61,408 nucleotides of DNA, from the IMG/VR virus record IMGVR_UViG_3300020392_000014, positions 1 through 61,408 of that record. One strand, given 5' to 3'. A program made the position numbers and the translations under genes. The notes beneath the pieces were generated by a model, which was given only the letters and a program-made list of their open reading frames with translations, did no database searches and was not told the origin of the DNA. Below are positions 18,257-28,411 of the stretch, in pieces. Numbering within the stretch: the first letter of the stretch is position 1; each line of letters opens with the position of its first letter. The DNA comes from a virus (taxonomy: Duplodnaviria; Caudoviricetes).

Positions 18257-20483
18257 ACTATTTACTACACTTCATGACGTGGTGCCTAAAAATGTTTTGT
18301 CAAGTAAAAACAAAGCAAAAACATGGCAATATGGATATAATGAAAAATATGATATTGTTGTTATTACAAAGTCAGGACAAATAAACGACATTATAAATAT
18401 AAATGGATTGAGAATTGCTTTACCTAAACAACCTAAAGATGTGTACAAAAGGTGTGACAAATCTGTAAATCAGTATTGGGAACCAAAAGTTTTACCGAAA
18501 GAATTAAAACGTATACAATCTATATTTCAATGGCATGAAACACCAGCAGCTTTTAAAAACAAATGGGTGGATTACATAGAGCAAGAGTTTGATAGAAGAG
18601 AAGATGGTTTTTGGTTTATGAATAATGGATTGCCTACTTACATTACAGGAACTCATTATATGTATTTACAGTGGACAAAAATAGATGTAGGACATCCTGA
18701 TTTTAGAGAAGCAAACAGAATATTTTATATTTACTGGGAAGCATGCAAAGCAGACAAAAGGTCTTTTGGTATGTGTTACTTAAAAATAAGACGTTCAGGC
18801 TTTTCTTTTATGAGTTCTTGCGAAGGAGTTAATACTGCAACCATAACAAAAGATGCAAGGGTTGGCATACTTTCAAAAACAGGTGCTGATGCAAAAAAAA
18901 TGTTTACTGATAAAATAGTACCTATAAGCAATAACTATCCATTCTTTTTTAAACCAATACAAGATGGTATGGATAAGCCAAAAACAGAATTAGCATATAG
19001 AGTTCCAGCATCAAAGATTACAAAAAAAAATATGTATGTGGTGGCAGAGAGTGAGCTTGAAGGCTTGGACACAACTATAGACTGGAAGAACACATCTGAC
19101 AATAGTTATGATGGTGAAAAACTACAGCTACTTATACATGATGAGAGTGGAAAATGGGAGCGACCAGAAAATATTTTAAACAACTGGCGTGTTACAAAAA
19201 CCTGTTTACGTTTGGGTAGTAAAGTTATAGGTAAATGTTTGATGGGTTCCACCTCTAACGCATTAGATAAAGGTGGTAAAAACTTTAAAGATTTATATGA
19301 ATCATCTTGGTGTATAAATAGAAATTCAAATGGACAAACTAAAAGTGGTTTGTATAATTTATTTATACCTATGGAATGGAACATGGAAGGATTTATAGAT
19401 AAGTATGGTATGCCAGTGTTCAAAACCCCTAGTAAATCTGTAGAAGGTATTGATGGAGAAGATATTTATCAAGGAGCTATTGATTATTGGGAAAACGAAG
19501 TAGAGTCACTAGCATCTGATCCTGATGCTTTAAACGAATTTTATAGACAGTTTCCAAGAAGTGAGTCACACGCATTTAGAGATGAAAGTAAACAATCTAT
19601 ATTTAATTTGACAAAAATATATCAACAAATAGATTACAATGATTCAATAAATATTGCACACCATGTAACCCAAGGAGGCTTTCATTGGAAAGATGGTATA
19701 AAAGATTCTAAGGTTATATGGAGCCCAAATAAAAGAGGAAGATTTTTTGTATCTTACATTCCTAAACCGACTCTACAAAATAATGTAATTTTGAAGAACG
19801 GTAAAAAATATCCAGGTAACGAGCATATAGGTTCATTTGGTTGTGACTCTTATGACATATCTGGGGTTGTAGTAGGTAGAGGATCAAATGGTGCGCTTCA
19901 TGGATTAACTAAGTTTAATATGGATGAAGCACCTAGTAATGAATTTTTTTTAGAATACATTGCTAGACCTCAAACTGCAGAAATATTTTTTGAAGAAGTG
20001 TTGATGGCTTGTGTGTTTTACGGCATGCCAATTTTGTGCGAGAACAACAAACCAAGATTGTTGTACCATTTTAAAAACAGAGGGTACAGAGGTTTTTGTT
20101 TGAATAGGCCAGATAAGACATATAACAAACTATCAAAAACAGAAAAGGAGTTGGGTGGTATACCTAACACCTCAGAAGATGTAAAACAATCTCACGCTTC
20201 GGCGATTGAGTCTTATATAGAAAAGCACGTAGGCTTTGACTTTGAGGGCACACACCGAAGTAAAGATGAAATAGGTAGAATGTATTTTCAGAAAACACTT
20301 GAAGATTGGGCAAAGTTTGATATATCCAACCGAACTAAGTTTGACGCTTCAATAAGCTCTGGATTAGCAATTATGGCAAATCAAAAACACTTGTATACTC
20401 CAATTCAAAAACAATCAAAAATAAGCATTAACTTTGCAAGATATAACAATACTAGCTCAGTGAGTCAATTAGTTAATAGATGA
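18234..20483 (+). CDS. terL: Terminase large subunit
   Basis: Walker A variant LKIRRSGFS, Walker B LLIHDESGK, MGST coupling motif, nuclease FGCDSYD. Confidence 0.9.
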   Translation: MQNQDQNKLFTTLHDVVPKNVLSSKNKAKTWQYGYNEKYDIVVITKSGQINDIININGLRIALPKQPKDVYKRCDKSVNQYWEPKVLPKELKRIQSIFQWHETPAAFKNKWVDYIEQEFDRREDGFWFMNNGLPTYITGTHYMYLQWTKIDVGHPDFREANRIFYIYWEACKADKRSFGMCYLKIRRSGFSFMSSCEGVNTATITKDARVGILSKTGADAKKMFTDKIVPISNNYPFFFKPIQDGMDKPKTELAYRVPASKITKKNMYVVAESELEGLDTTIDWKNTSDNSYDGEKLQLLIHDESGKWERPENILNNWRVTKTCLRLGSKVIGKCLMGSTSNALDKGGKNFKDLYESSWCINRNSNGQTKSGLYNLFIPMEWNMEGFIDKYGMPVFKTPSKSVEGIDGEDIYQGAIDYWENEVESLASDPDALNEFYRQFPRSESHAFRDESKQSIFNLTKIYQQIDYNDSINIAHHVTQGGFHWKDGIKDSKVIWSPNKRGRFFVSYIPKPTLQNNVILKNGKKYPGNEHIGSFGCDSYDISGVVVGRGSNGALHGLTKFNMDEAPSNEFFLEYIARPQTAEIFFEEVLMACVFYGMPILCENNKPRLLYHFKNRGYRGFCLNRPDKTYNKLSKTEKELGGIPNTSEDVKQSHASAIESYIEKHVGFDFEGTHRSKDEIGRMYFQKTLEDWAKFDISNRTKFDASISSGLAIMANQKHLYTPIQKQSKISINFARYNNTSSVSQLVNR

Positions 20484-22915
20484 AAGAAGTAGAAATAAAC
20501 ATTCAAGCTGCTGCCTTCCCTGATCAGTTTGCTTCCGACGCTGTAAAAGATACTGTAGAATATGGATTACAAATAGGGCAAGCTATACAATATGAATGGT
20601 TCAGAAGAGATAATGGCTCTTGTAGATTCTACAATCAATCAGCTGAGTTCATGCGCCTACGTCTGTACGCACGTGGGGAACAATCCATAGCAAAATATAA
20701 AAATGAATTAGCCATCGATGGAGATTTATCTTATTTAAATTTAGATTGGAACCCAGTGCCTATTATACCTAAGTTTGTTGACATAGTAGTTAACGGCATG
20801 TCTGACAGGTTATTTAAAGTAAATGCCTACGCTCAAGACGCTATGTCAGCAGAAAAAAGAAGTGAATTTCAAAAAGCTGTAGAGGGTGATATGATAGCAA
20901 AACCTTTATTCAATCAAATTGAATCTGATTTTGGTTTAAATGTTTTTACTACGCCTGAAGAGGATTTACCAGAAACAGATGAAGAAATGGAATTGTATAT
21001 GCAAATGAAATACAAACCAGCTATAGAAATTGCGGAAGAAGAAGCTATAAATACTTTGTTTGATGAAAATCACTATAACGACATCAGAAGTAGAGTGGAT
21101 TATGATATAACCACATTAGGTATCGGAATAACAAAACATCAGTTTTTGGCTGGACAAGGGGTAGTGATAGATTATGTAGACCCTGCGAATGTAGTGTACA
21201 GTTACACAGAAGACCCGTATTTCAAAGATTGTTTTTATTGGGGTGAAATTAAAACAGTCCCTATGACTGAGCTCATTAAAATTGACCCCACACTTACAAA
21301 TGAAGATTTAGACCAAATATCCAAATACAGTCAATCATGGTATAATTATTACAACAATCAGCAGTTTTTTGAGAACAGTATGTTTTATAGAGACACAGCT
21401 ACAATATTATATTTTAATTATAAAACCACACATTCTTTTGTTTATAAAAGAAAAAAATTAGCTGATGGTTCATACAAGACAGTAGAAAAAGACGATCAAT
21501 TTAATCCACCTGCCGAAATGATGGAAGAAGGAAACTTTGAAAGGGTTGAGAAAAAAATTGATGTATGGTATGATGGTATTATGGTTATGGGAACAAATAT
21601 AATGTTGAAGTGGGAACTTTCAGAAAATATGGTTAGACCAAAGTCGGCAAATCAGTTTGCTATGCCTAACTACATAGCATGTGCACCCAGAATGTATAAA
21701 GGTGTTTTTGAAAGTTTAGTAAAAAGAATGATTCCTTTTGCGGACTTAATACAAATGACACATTTAAAAATTCAACAAGTTGTAGCACGAGTTGTACCAG
21801 ATGGTGTATTTATAGATGCTGATGGATTGAACGAGGTAGATTTAGGTACTGGTAATGCTTACAATCCTGAAGACGCACTAAGATTATATTTTCAAACAGG
21901 TAGTGTTGTAGGAAGAAGCTATACACAAGATGGCGAGTTTAATAATGCAAGAGTGCCTATTCAACAGCTTACGGCTAATAGTGGAGCAGGAAAAATGCAA
22001 ATGTTGATTCAAAACTATAATCATTATTTAGATATGATAAGAGCAGTTACAGGATTAAATGAAGCTCGTGATGGTTCTACACCAGATCCAAACTCTTTAG
22101 TTGGTGTACAAAAGTTAGCAGCACTAAATAGTAACACAGCCACTAGACATATATTAGAAGGCAGCTTGTACATTACTCGTACATTAGCAGAATGCCTATC
22201 AATTAGAACTGCTGATATATTAGAGTTTGCAGATTTTAAAGATGAATTTGCTATGCAGATAGGTAAATATAATTTAAAAATATTAGAAGATATAAAAGAA
22301 TTGTATATATACGATTTCGGAATATTTATTGAGCTTTCACCGGATGAAGAAGAAAAAGCTTTACTAGAACAAAATATACAAATGGCTTTATCTAAACAAG
22401 ATATAAGTTTAGAGGATGCAATAGATATAAGAGAAATGCACAATTTGAAAATGGCTAATCAGTTGTTAAAACTTAAACGTAAACAAAAACAGGAAAGAGA
22501 GCAGCAAGCCAAAATGCAAGAACAACAAATGGCTGCTCAAATGCAAATGCAAGCAGAACAAGCAAAAGCACAGGGAGAAGCTCAAAAAATACAAATGGAG
22601 TCTCAAGCCAAGATACAATATAGACAGGCAGATGTAGCTTTTGAAATAGAAAAGCTGAAAGCAGAAGCTGAATTAAAAAGAAATTTAATGGCAACTGAAT
22701 TTCAGTTTCAAATGCAAATTAAAGGTGTAGAGCAAGCTGGGATAAGTCAAAGAGATAAAAATAAAGAAAAAGCAAAAGACGATAGAATAAGTCAACAATC
22801 TACACAACAATCAAAATTGATAGAACAAAGAAAGAATAATCTACCATCGATAAACTTTGAATCGAATGAAGACAGTTTGGATGGTTTTGATTTGGCTGAA
22901 TTTGAACCTAGGTAA
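20480..22915 (+). CDS. Portal protein
   Basis: 811 aa directly after TerL; PIIPKFVDIVV; Q-rich C-terminal coiled coil as in P22-type portals. Confidence 0.85.
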   Translation: MKEVEINIQAAAFPDQFASDAVKDTVEYGLQIGQAIQYEWFRRDNGSCRFYNQSAEFMRLRLYARGEQSIAKYKNELAIDGDLSYLNLDWNPVPIIPKFVDIVVNGMSDRLFKVNAYAQDAMSAEKRSEFQKAVEGDMIAKPLFNQIESDFGLNVFTTPEEDLPETDEEMELYMQMKYKPAIEIAEEEAINTLFDENHYNDIRSRVDYDITTLGIGITKHQFLAGQGVVIDYVDPANVVYSYTEDPYFKDCFYWGEIKTVPMTELIKIDPTLTNEDLDQISKYSQSWYNYYNNQQFFENSMFYRDTATILYFNYKTTHSFVYKRKKLADGSYKTVEKDDQFNPPAEMMEEGNFERVEKKIDVWYDGIMVMGTNIMLKWELSENMVRPKSANQFAMPNYIACAPRMYKGVFESLVKRMIPFADLIQMTHLKIQQVVARVVPDGVFIDADGLNEVDLGTGNAYNPEDALRLYFQTGSVVGRSYTQDGEFNNARVPIQQLTANSGAGKMQMLIQNYNHYLDMIRAVTGLNEARDGSTPDPNSLVGVQKLAALNSNTATRHILEGSLYITRTLAECLSIRTADILEFADFKDEFAMQIGKYNLKILEDIKELYIYDFGIFIELSPDEEEKALLEQNIQMALSKQDISLEDAIDIREMHNLKMANQLLKLKRKQKQEREQQAKMQEQQMAAQMQMQAEQAKAQGEAQKIQMESQAKIQYRQADVAFEIEKLKAEAELKRNLMATEFQFQMQIKGVEQAGISQRDKNKEKAKDDRISQQSTQQSKLIEQRKNNLPSINFESNEDSLDGFDLAEFEPR

Positions 22916-23451
22916 TGTTTGATAATTTCAACTGGCATAAATACAAAACTGTAAAATACCCACCTGATAATTCTTTAAAGACACTTGGAGAAATAAAATC
23001 TCTTTTGTCAAAACCTATGGACAAAAGTTTTGCTAACAAGTTTGATGATATATTTAAAGTTTTTAAAAACTTATTTTCAAATAGAACAAGAAAGTTTCCT
23101 GATAAATTAGTGCAAGAAATAATTGTGGAAAGTAGAAAGCCGATTATGAAAATAAAAAATTATCACAATAGAAAAAGACCAAATGTGGTTGCAAAACAAT
23201 TTTCTATTAATTTACCATTTGTAAAAATGGCATCAGCACAAACTCCTGCTTTTCCTTCAGGACATTCAGCACAAGCTTTTTTATTAAAAGAAGTCTTAAG
23301 TGATATGTTTCCAGAAATGACACCGGAGTTTGAAAAGGCAGCTAAAAATATATCTAAAAGCAGAATAATGGCAAATGTTCATTACGAATCAGATAAAAGC
23401 ACTGGTGAAAAGCTGGGGATGGATTTGTATAACCACTACAAAACCATCTAA
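22915..23451 (+). CDS. PAP2 / vanadium haloperoxidase superfamily phosphatase
   Basis: All three motifs present: KNYHNRKRP, FPSGHS, SRIMANVHYESD. Confidence 0.85.
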   Translation: MFDNFNWHKYKTVKYPPDNSLKTLGEIKSLLSKPMDKSFANKFDDIFKVFKNLFSNRTRKFPDKLVQEIIVESRKPIMKIKNYHNRKRPNVVAKQFSINLPFVKMASAQTPAFPSGHSAQAFLLKEVLSDMFPEMTPEFEKAAKNISKSRIMANVHYESDKSTGEKLGMDLYNHYKTI

Positions 23452-23471
23452 AATAAATATAAATAATTGTA

Positions 23472-23479
23472 TAACTTTG
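23472..23479 (+). promoter_or_regulatory. -7 promoter element TAACTTTG (scaffold-capsid operon)
   Basis: TAnnTTTG 16 nt before the ATG at 23496. Confidence 0.65.
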
Positions 23480-23495
23480 TAAAAAATTAAATCTA

Positions 23496-24632
23496 ATGGA
23501 AATAAAAGTAAAAGACATAGGCTTGTCTGAAGAAAAGTCTAAAGCAGAAATTGAACAAGAACTTCTTGAAAAGCATGAAGAGAAGTTTGAAGACTCTCAA
23601 GCAGAACCTGAAAAGGTTGAGGCAACAGAAGTGAAAGAAGAAAAGAAAGAGGAACCTGTAGCCGAAGAAGTGAATGAAGAAAAAGCTCCCTCGTCAGAGT
23701 TAAGTGACGAAGACGTTCTTACATATATTAAAAATAGGTATGACAAGGAGATAACTTCAGTAGATGATTTGTTAGCTGAAAAAGAATCAGCTCCCGAATT
23801 ACCTGAAGACGTTTCAATGTATTTGAAATACAAACAAGAAACGGGCCGTGGTATTGAAGATTTCTATAAAACACAAAGAGATTTTGACACCATGGATGAT
23901 GATTCTTTGATAGCTGAATATATAGCATATAACGAAGAAGGGTTAGATGCAATAGATATTCAAGATATTATGGACGATAAATTTGGTTTTGATGAAGAAC
24001 TAGATGAGCCCAAAGATATTAAAAGAAAAAAACTATCAAAGAAACGTGAGCTTGCAAAAGCAAGAAAATTTTTGAACGAACAAAAGGATAAGTATAAAGT
24101 TCCGCTTGAGTCAAGTGGGGATGGATTATCTGCAGATCAACAAGAAAATTTAGATGCTTACAAGAAATATATCGACGAATCTAATACTATTAAGGAAGCA
24201 GCAGAAAAGCGCTATGATTATTTTCTAACGAAAACTAAAGAAGTTTTTAATAGTGATTTCAAAGGTTTTGATTTTACTTTAGGAGAAAATAAATATACCT
24301 ATAAGCCTGGCACTTTTGAAGAGCTATCTAATACTCAGTCCGACATAAATAATTTTGTCAAAAAATACACTGATGAAAATGGCTTAATGAAAGATGCAGC
24401 TGGTTATCATAAAGCTTTATCTGTAGCGATGAACCCTGAAAAGTTTGCGCAATACTTTTTTGACCAAGGTGTTTCCTCAGCCGTAGATAATGTTACAAAA
24501 AAATCAAAAAACATTAATATGGAAATGAGACAATCACCGCAAGTTACAATAAAAGATGGGCGTAAAATCAGAAGCATTGGCAACCAAAGTAGCGGAAGAG
24601 GACTCAAAATTAGAAGTATTAAAAAAAGTTAA
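23496..24632 (+). CDS. Capsid scaffolding protein
   Basis: Very acidic and helical with a basic C-terminal tail; immediately upstream of the capsid gene. Confidence 0.7.
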   Translation: MEIKVKDIGLSEEKSKAEIEQELLEKHEEKFEDSQAEPEKVEATEVKEEKKEEPVAEEVNEEKAPSSELSDEDVLTYIKNRYDKEITSVDDLLAEKESAPELPEDVSMYLKYKQETGRGIEDFYKTQRDFDTMDDDSLIAEYIAYNEEGLDAIDIQDIMDDKFGFDEELDEPKDIKRKKLSKKRELAKARKFLNEQKDKYKVPLESSGDGLSADQQENLDAYKKYIDESNTIKEAAEKRYDYFLTKTKEVFNSDFKGFDFTLGENKYTYKPGTFEELSNTQSDINNFVKKYTDENGLMKDAAGYHKALSVAMNPEKFAQYFFDQGVSSAVDNVTKKSKNINMEMRQSPQVTIKDGRKIRSIGNQSSGRGLKIRSIKKS

Positions 24633-24653
24633 ACATTTAAAATAATTAAAATT

Positions 24654-26114
24654 ATGGCAGTAAATGCAGTCCCAGGATTTGACTTACAACCATCTGCACA
24701 GCAGGTGCCACTAAGTACAAATTATATTACCAATTTTGATTTCTTGAATCAGTATCTACCAGATACATATGAAAAAGAATTTGAAAGATATGGTAACAGA
24801 ACAGTAGCATCATTCTTAAGAATGGTAGGCGCTGAAATGCCTTCAAACTCTGACCTTATCAAATGGGCAGAGCAAGGTAGATTACACGTAAAATACCAAG
24901 ATTGTACATCAGGTTCAGCAGCAGGTGCTGGTACAAGAAGTGCACAATGGACTATTCCAAACAATACATCAAACTTTAACCCAGCTCTAGCAGGTGGTGC
25001 AAAAGCAGTATTAAGAGTAGGACAAACAGTAATGATTTCTGATAAAACAGCAGGATCGAACCTACACAACAAAGGTATTGTTACAGTAGCTCCAACAGCG
25101 GGTAACCCTAATGTGGTAACTATTGCTTATTATGAAGCAACAGGACAAGCTATGGGTGCAGGTGTAGCGTGTGATATTTGGATTTATGGTTCTGAGTTCA
25201 ATAAAGGAACAAACGGAATGATAGGTTCAAACGAATCAGATGATTTAATTTTCGATAACAAACCAATTATTATCAAAGATAAGTACCAAGTATCAGGTTC
25301 TGATATGGCACAGATTGGTTGGATTGAAATTTCAGGCGAAGACGGAGTAAATGGATACTTATGGTATCTTAAGTCTGAGCACGACACAAGATTAAGATTT
25401 GAAGATTACTTAGAAACAGCTATGCTCGAAGCAGTACCAGCAGGTGCAGGTTCAGGTGCAGGTGACTTCTTACAAGGAACAGGAGCTGGTTTATCAGCAG
25501 CAAACCTTAATGGTTCTGACGGTGTATTCTTTGTTGTTGAAGACAGAGGTAATGTATTTGGAGGTGGAAACCCACAAAACTTAGCTCAATTCGACAGCAT
25601 TATCCAAAGACTAGATAAGCAAGGTTCTATTGAAGAAAATGTAATTTTCGTAGACAGACAGTTTTCATTTGACATTGACGATATGTTAGCAACTCAAAAC
25701 TCTTACGGAGCTGGCGGTTCTTCATACGGTTTATTCGACAATGATAAAGACATGGCTTTAAATCTTGGCTTTACAGGATTTAGAAGAGGTTATGATTTTT
25801 ACAAGTCTGACTGGAAATATCTAAACGATCCTACAATGAGAGGTGACTTAGGTGGTGGAGTTATCAATGGGTTATTAGTACCTGCTGGTTCTACTACAGT
25901 TTATGACCAAATTCTTGGTAAAAACGCTAAGAGACCATTCTTACACGTGAGATATAGAGCTTCAGAAACTGAGGACAGAAGATACAAAACTTGGATTACT
26001 GGTTCAGCTGGCGGTGCAAGAACTTCTGACCTTGATGCAATGGAGGTCAATTTCTTATCTGAAAGAGCTGTTTGTACTTTAGGTGCTAACAACTTCTTCT
26101 TATTTAAGGATTAA
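24654..26114 (+). CDS. Major capsid protein
   Basis: 486 aa after the scaffold; high-expression codon use (TTC, AAC); followed by a strong terminator. Confidence 0.85.
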   Translation: MAVNAVPGFDLQPSAQQVPLSTNYITNFDFLNQYLPDTYEKEFERYGNRTVASFLRMVGAEMPSNSDLIKWAEQGRLHVKYQDCTSGSAAGAGTRSAQWTIPNNTSNFNPALAGGAKAVLRVGQTVMISDKTAGSNLHNKGIVTVAPTAGNPNVVTIAYYEATGQAMGAGVACDIWIYGSEFNKGTNGMIGSNESDDLIFDNKPIIIKDKYQVSGSDMAQIGWIEISGEDGVNGYLWYLKSEHDTRLRFEDYLETAMLEAVPAGAGSGAGDFLQGTGAGLSAANLNGSDGVFFVVEDRGNVFGGGNPQNLAQFDSIIQRLDKQGSIEENVIFVDRQFSFDIDDMLATQNSYGAGGSSYGLFDNDKDMALNLGFTGFRRGYDFYKSDWKYLNDPTMRGDLGGGVINGLLVPAGSTTVYDQILGKNAKRPFLHVRYRASETEDRRYKTWITGSAGGARTSDLDAMEVNFLSERAVCTLGANNFFLFKD

Positions 26115-26129
26115 TATTTACATAAGTTT

Positions 26130-26163
26130 TACCCCTACTTCGGTAGGGGTAGAATTTATTTTT
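26130..26163 (+). terminator. Intrinsic terminator with cUUCGg tetraloop
   Basis: tacccctac-ttcg-gtaggggta followed by a T-rich tract. Confidence 0.85.
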
Positions 26164-26185
26164 AACGCAAATTAAATTTAATAAA

Positions 26186-26941
26186 ATGAAAAAAAACAAA
26201 GTACACAAAGCCAAAGCCTATAGATTAAAAGGCGGTAAATCCCCACTAGCATACATGTTGAGTTCACGTCATTCTTCACGTTCTCCATTATTATATTTTG
26301 ATGAAGAACAAGGAATTAATAGACCACTTAGATATGCAAGAAACCAAAAAAGCCCATTTGAAGATGAGCAAGATGGTAATGCTATTTTAGAACCTGTAGT
26401 TTTTGAAGACGGTATGTTATTCGTACCTAGAGAAAATCAAGTATTACAGCAGTTTTTACATTATCATCCATCGAATGGTATGGTATTCGAAGAAATAGAT
26501 GAAAGCAAAGATGCACAAGAAGAACTAGAAATGGTAGAGCTTGAGGTCGATGCTTTAGTTATAGCAAAGTCCATGGAGGTAGATCAACTGGTATCGGTTT
26601 GCAGAGTCTTAATGGGTGCACAGGTGGAAAAATTAACAATACCTCAACTTAGAAGAGATATATTAATTTATGCTAAACAAAACCCTATTGATTTTATTGA
26701 CACAATAAATGACCCTATGTTACAATTACAGGATGAAGTCAAACAATTTTTTATGAATGGGTATTTAGTATACAAAAACAACAATAAAGATGTATACTTT
26801 AACTTACCTAACAATAAAAAGAAGTTATTGACTGTTCCTTTTGGAGACGAAGGAGACTATGCGGTTGCAAGCTATATGCAAAGTGACGCAGGTTTGGAGA
26901 TATATAAACACTTGCAGAAACGTCTAAAAAAAGATAAATAG
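26186..26941 (+). CDS. Hypothetical protein following the capsid gene
   Basis: 251-aa ORF with typical start context. Confidence 0.75.
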   Translation: MKKNKVHKAKAYRLKGGKSPLAYMLSSRHSSRSPLLYFDEEQGINRPLRYARNQKSPFEDEQDGNAILEPVVFEDGMLFVPRENQVLQQFLHYHPSNGMVFEEIDESKDAQEELEMVELEVDALVIAKSMEVDQLVSVCRVLMGAQVEKLTIPQLRRDILIYAKQNPIDFIDTINDPMLQLQDEVKQFFMNGYLVYKNNNKDVYFNLPNNKKKLLTVPFGDEGDYAVASYMQSDAGLEIYKHLQKRLKKDK

Positions 26942-26947
26942 AAAGCG

Positions 26948-26955
26948 TATCTTTG
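26948..26955 (+). promoter_or_regulatory. -7 promoter element TATCTTTG
   Basis: TAnnTTTG followed by C, upstream of the ATG at 26988. Confidence 0.6.
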
Positions 26956-26987
26956 CTGTATTGTTTAACCCATTAAATTTTTTAACT

Positions 26988-27314
26988 ATGGTAAAATATC
27001 TAAAAATCAGTTTAAGTGATGCTCATTATTTAATTCCTATTCACAATATTGTAACTGTTGAGGTTGGCGCTAATACACAAGTTGATATTCTTTTCAACTT
27101 GGTAGGCCATACAGCATCAGGTGCAGCAGAGGCGTTAGGTGTTAGATTAACAGCTTCTACAGCTTCTGACGCAGCAAAAACTAAAGAGCAAGTTAATAGT
27201 ATCGTAGATGCTATTGAAGAAGCTTTAGGAACAAGCTGGACGAAGCCTTTCTATGTGCTTGAGCCTAAATACCCTATAACGGCTATCGCTCAATTACAAG
27301 AAGCTTGGGCATAA
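26988..27314 (+). CDS. Small structural protein (possible capsid decoration)
   Basis: ATG at 26988 preferred; has its own promoter motif and terminator. Confidence 0.6.
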   Translation: MVKYLKISLSDAHYLIPIHNIVTVEVGANTQVDILFNLVGHTASGAAEALGVRLTASTASDAAKTKEQVNSIVDAIEEALGTSWTKPFYVLEPKYPITAIAQLQEAWA

Positions 27315-27333
27315 TTACACTTAACAGAGAGTT

Positions 27334-27368
27334 AGAAGGGGCTTAAACAATTAGGCTCCTTTTTTTTT
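27334..27368 (+). terminator. Intrinsic terminator
   Basis: aaggggcttaa-acaa-ttaggctcctt followed by poly-T. Confidence 0.8.
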
Positions 27369-27371
27369 ACT

Positions 27372-27379
27372 TATATTTG
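27372..27379 (+). promoter_or_regulatory. -7 promoter element TATATTTG
   Basis: Directly after the terminator, before the ATG at 27398. Confidence 0.6.
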
Positions 27380-27397
27380 TATAAACAAATTTTAGTT

Positions 27398-28408
27398 ATG
27401 GGTGTAATGATAAACAGTGTCCGAAACACAGTATTAGCAATAGCTAATAAAAACAATTACGGATATGTTTCTCCACAAGATTTTAACTTGTATGCACAGC
27501 AAGCCCAAATGGACTTGTTTGAAAATTATTTTTATCAATACAATAATTGGATTACAAAAGAAAATCAACGTGTTTCAGGAACAGGATATGCAGATATAGT
27601 TAAAAGTTTAGTTGAGGTTATTGATAGTTTTTCAGTAACCAAATCTTTAAAACAACAAGCAAGTAACTTTTATAATCTACCTGATGATTATTACTTTATA
27701 AATAAAGTAAATTATTATCCTAACTATATTTCTGGTGCAGTCACAACTGGATCAGCAACAAATAAACTTATAGACGCAAACGCAACTTTTGTAACAACTG
27801 GCACTGTGAAAGCAGGTCAATATGTAGTAAATACTTCTACAGGTAGTTATGGAGGTACAAGCGCATACGTTGTTAGTGTAGATAGTAATACCCAGTTAAC
27901 TTTATCAGCTAATCCATTTGGTGCAGCAGCAACAGTAGGAAATTCTTATGCAATATTCACAACAGCTGGTATAGTTGAGGTAGAAAGAGTTAATCAAAAT
28001 AAAATATTTTATTTGAATAATTCTCCACTTACTGCACCTTCATTAGGGTATCCAGCTTACGTATTAGGTGGAGCTACGACAAAAATTACAGGAGATGGCG
28101 ATACAGGACAGCTAGGTAATACGATTACTGTTTATCCTGAAACAATTACACAAAACGGTTCAGTTAGTGCGGAGTACATACGATATCCATCACCGCCTAA
28201 ATGGACATATTTAAATGTTGGAGGAACCACAGGTAGTCCAGAGTTTGATAGCAGTCAATCCGATTATCAAGACTTTGAATTACCTTTGTCGGACGAACCA
28301 AATATAGTCGCTAAAATATGTCAATACATAGGTATTGAGATTAGAGAAGCAGATGTTTATCAGTTTGGTAAACAAGAAGAAATGTTAGATAATCAAACAC
28401 AAGGATAA
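27398..28408 (+). CDS. Head-tail adaptor / ring protein with inserted beta module
   Basis: NKNNYGYVSPQDFNLYAQQAQ, YNLPDDYY, YIRYP; position after the head genes. Confidence 0.6.
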   Translation: MGVMINSVRNTVLAIANKNNYGYVSPQDFNLYAQQAQMDLFENYFYQYNNWITKENQRVSGTGYADIVKSLVEVIDSFSVTKSLKQQASNFYNLPDDYYFINKVNYYPNYISGAVTTGSATNKLIDANATFVTTGTVKAGQYVVNTSTGSYGGTSAYVVSVDSNTQLTLSANPFGAAATVGNSYAIFTTAGIVEVERVNQNKIFYLNNSPLTAPSLGYPAYVLGGATTKITGDGDTGQLGNTITVYPETITQNGSVSAEYIRYPSPPKWTYLNVGGTTGSPEFDSSQSDYQDFELPLSDEPNIVAKICQYIGIEIREADVYQFGKQEEMLDNQTQG

Positions 28409-28411
28409 TAT

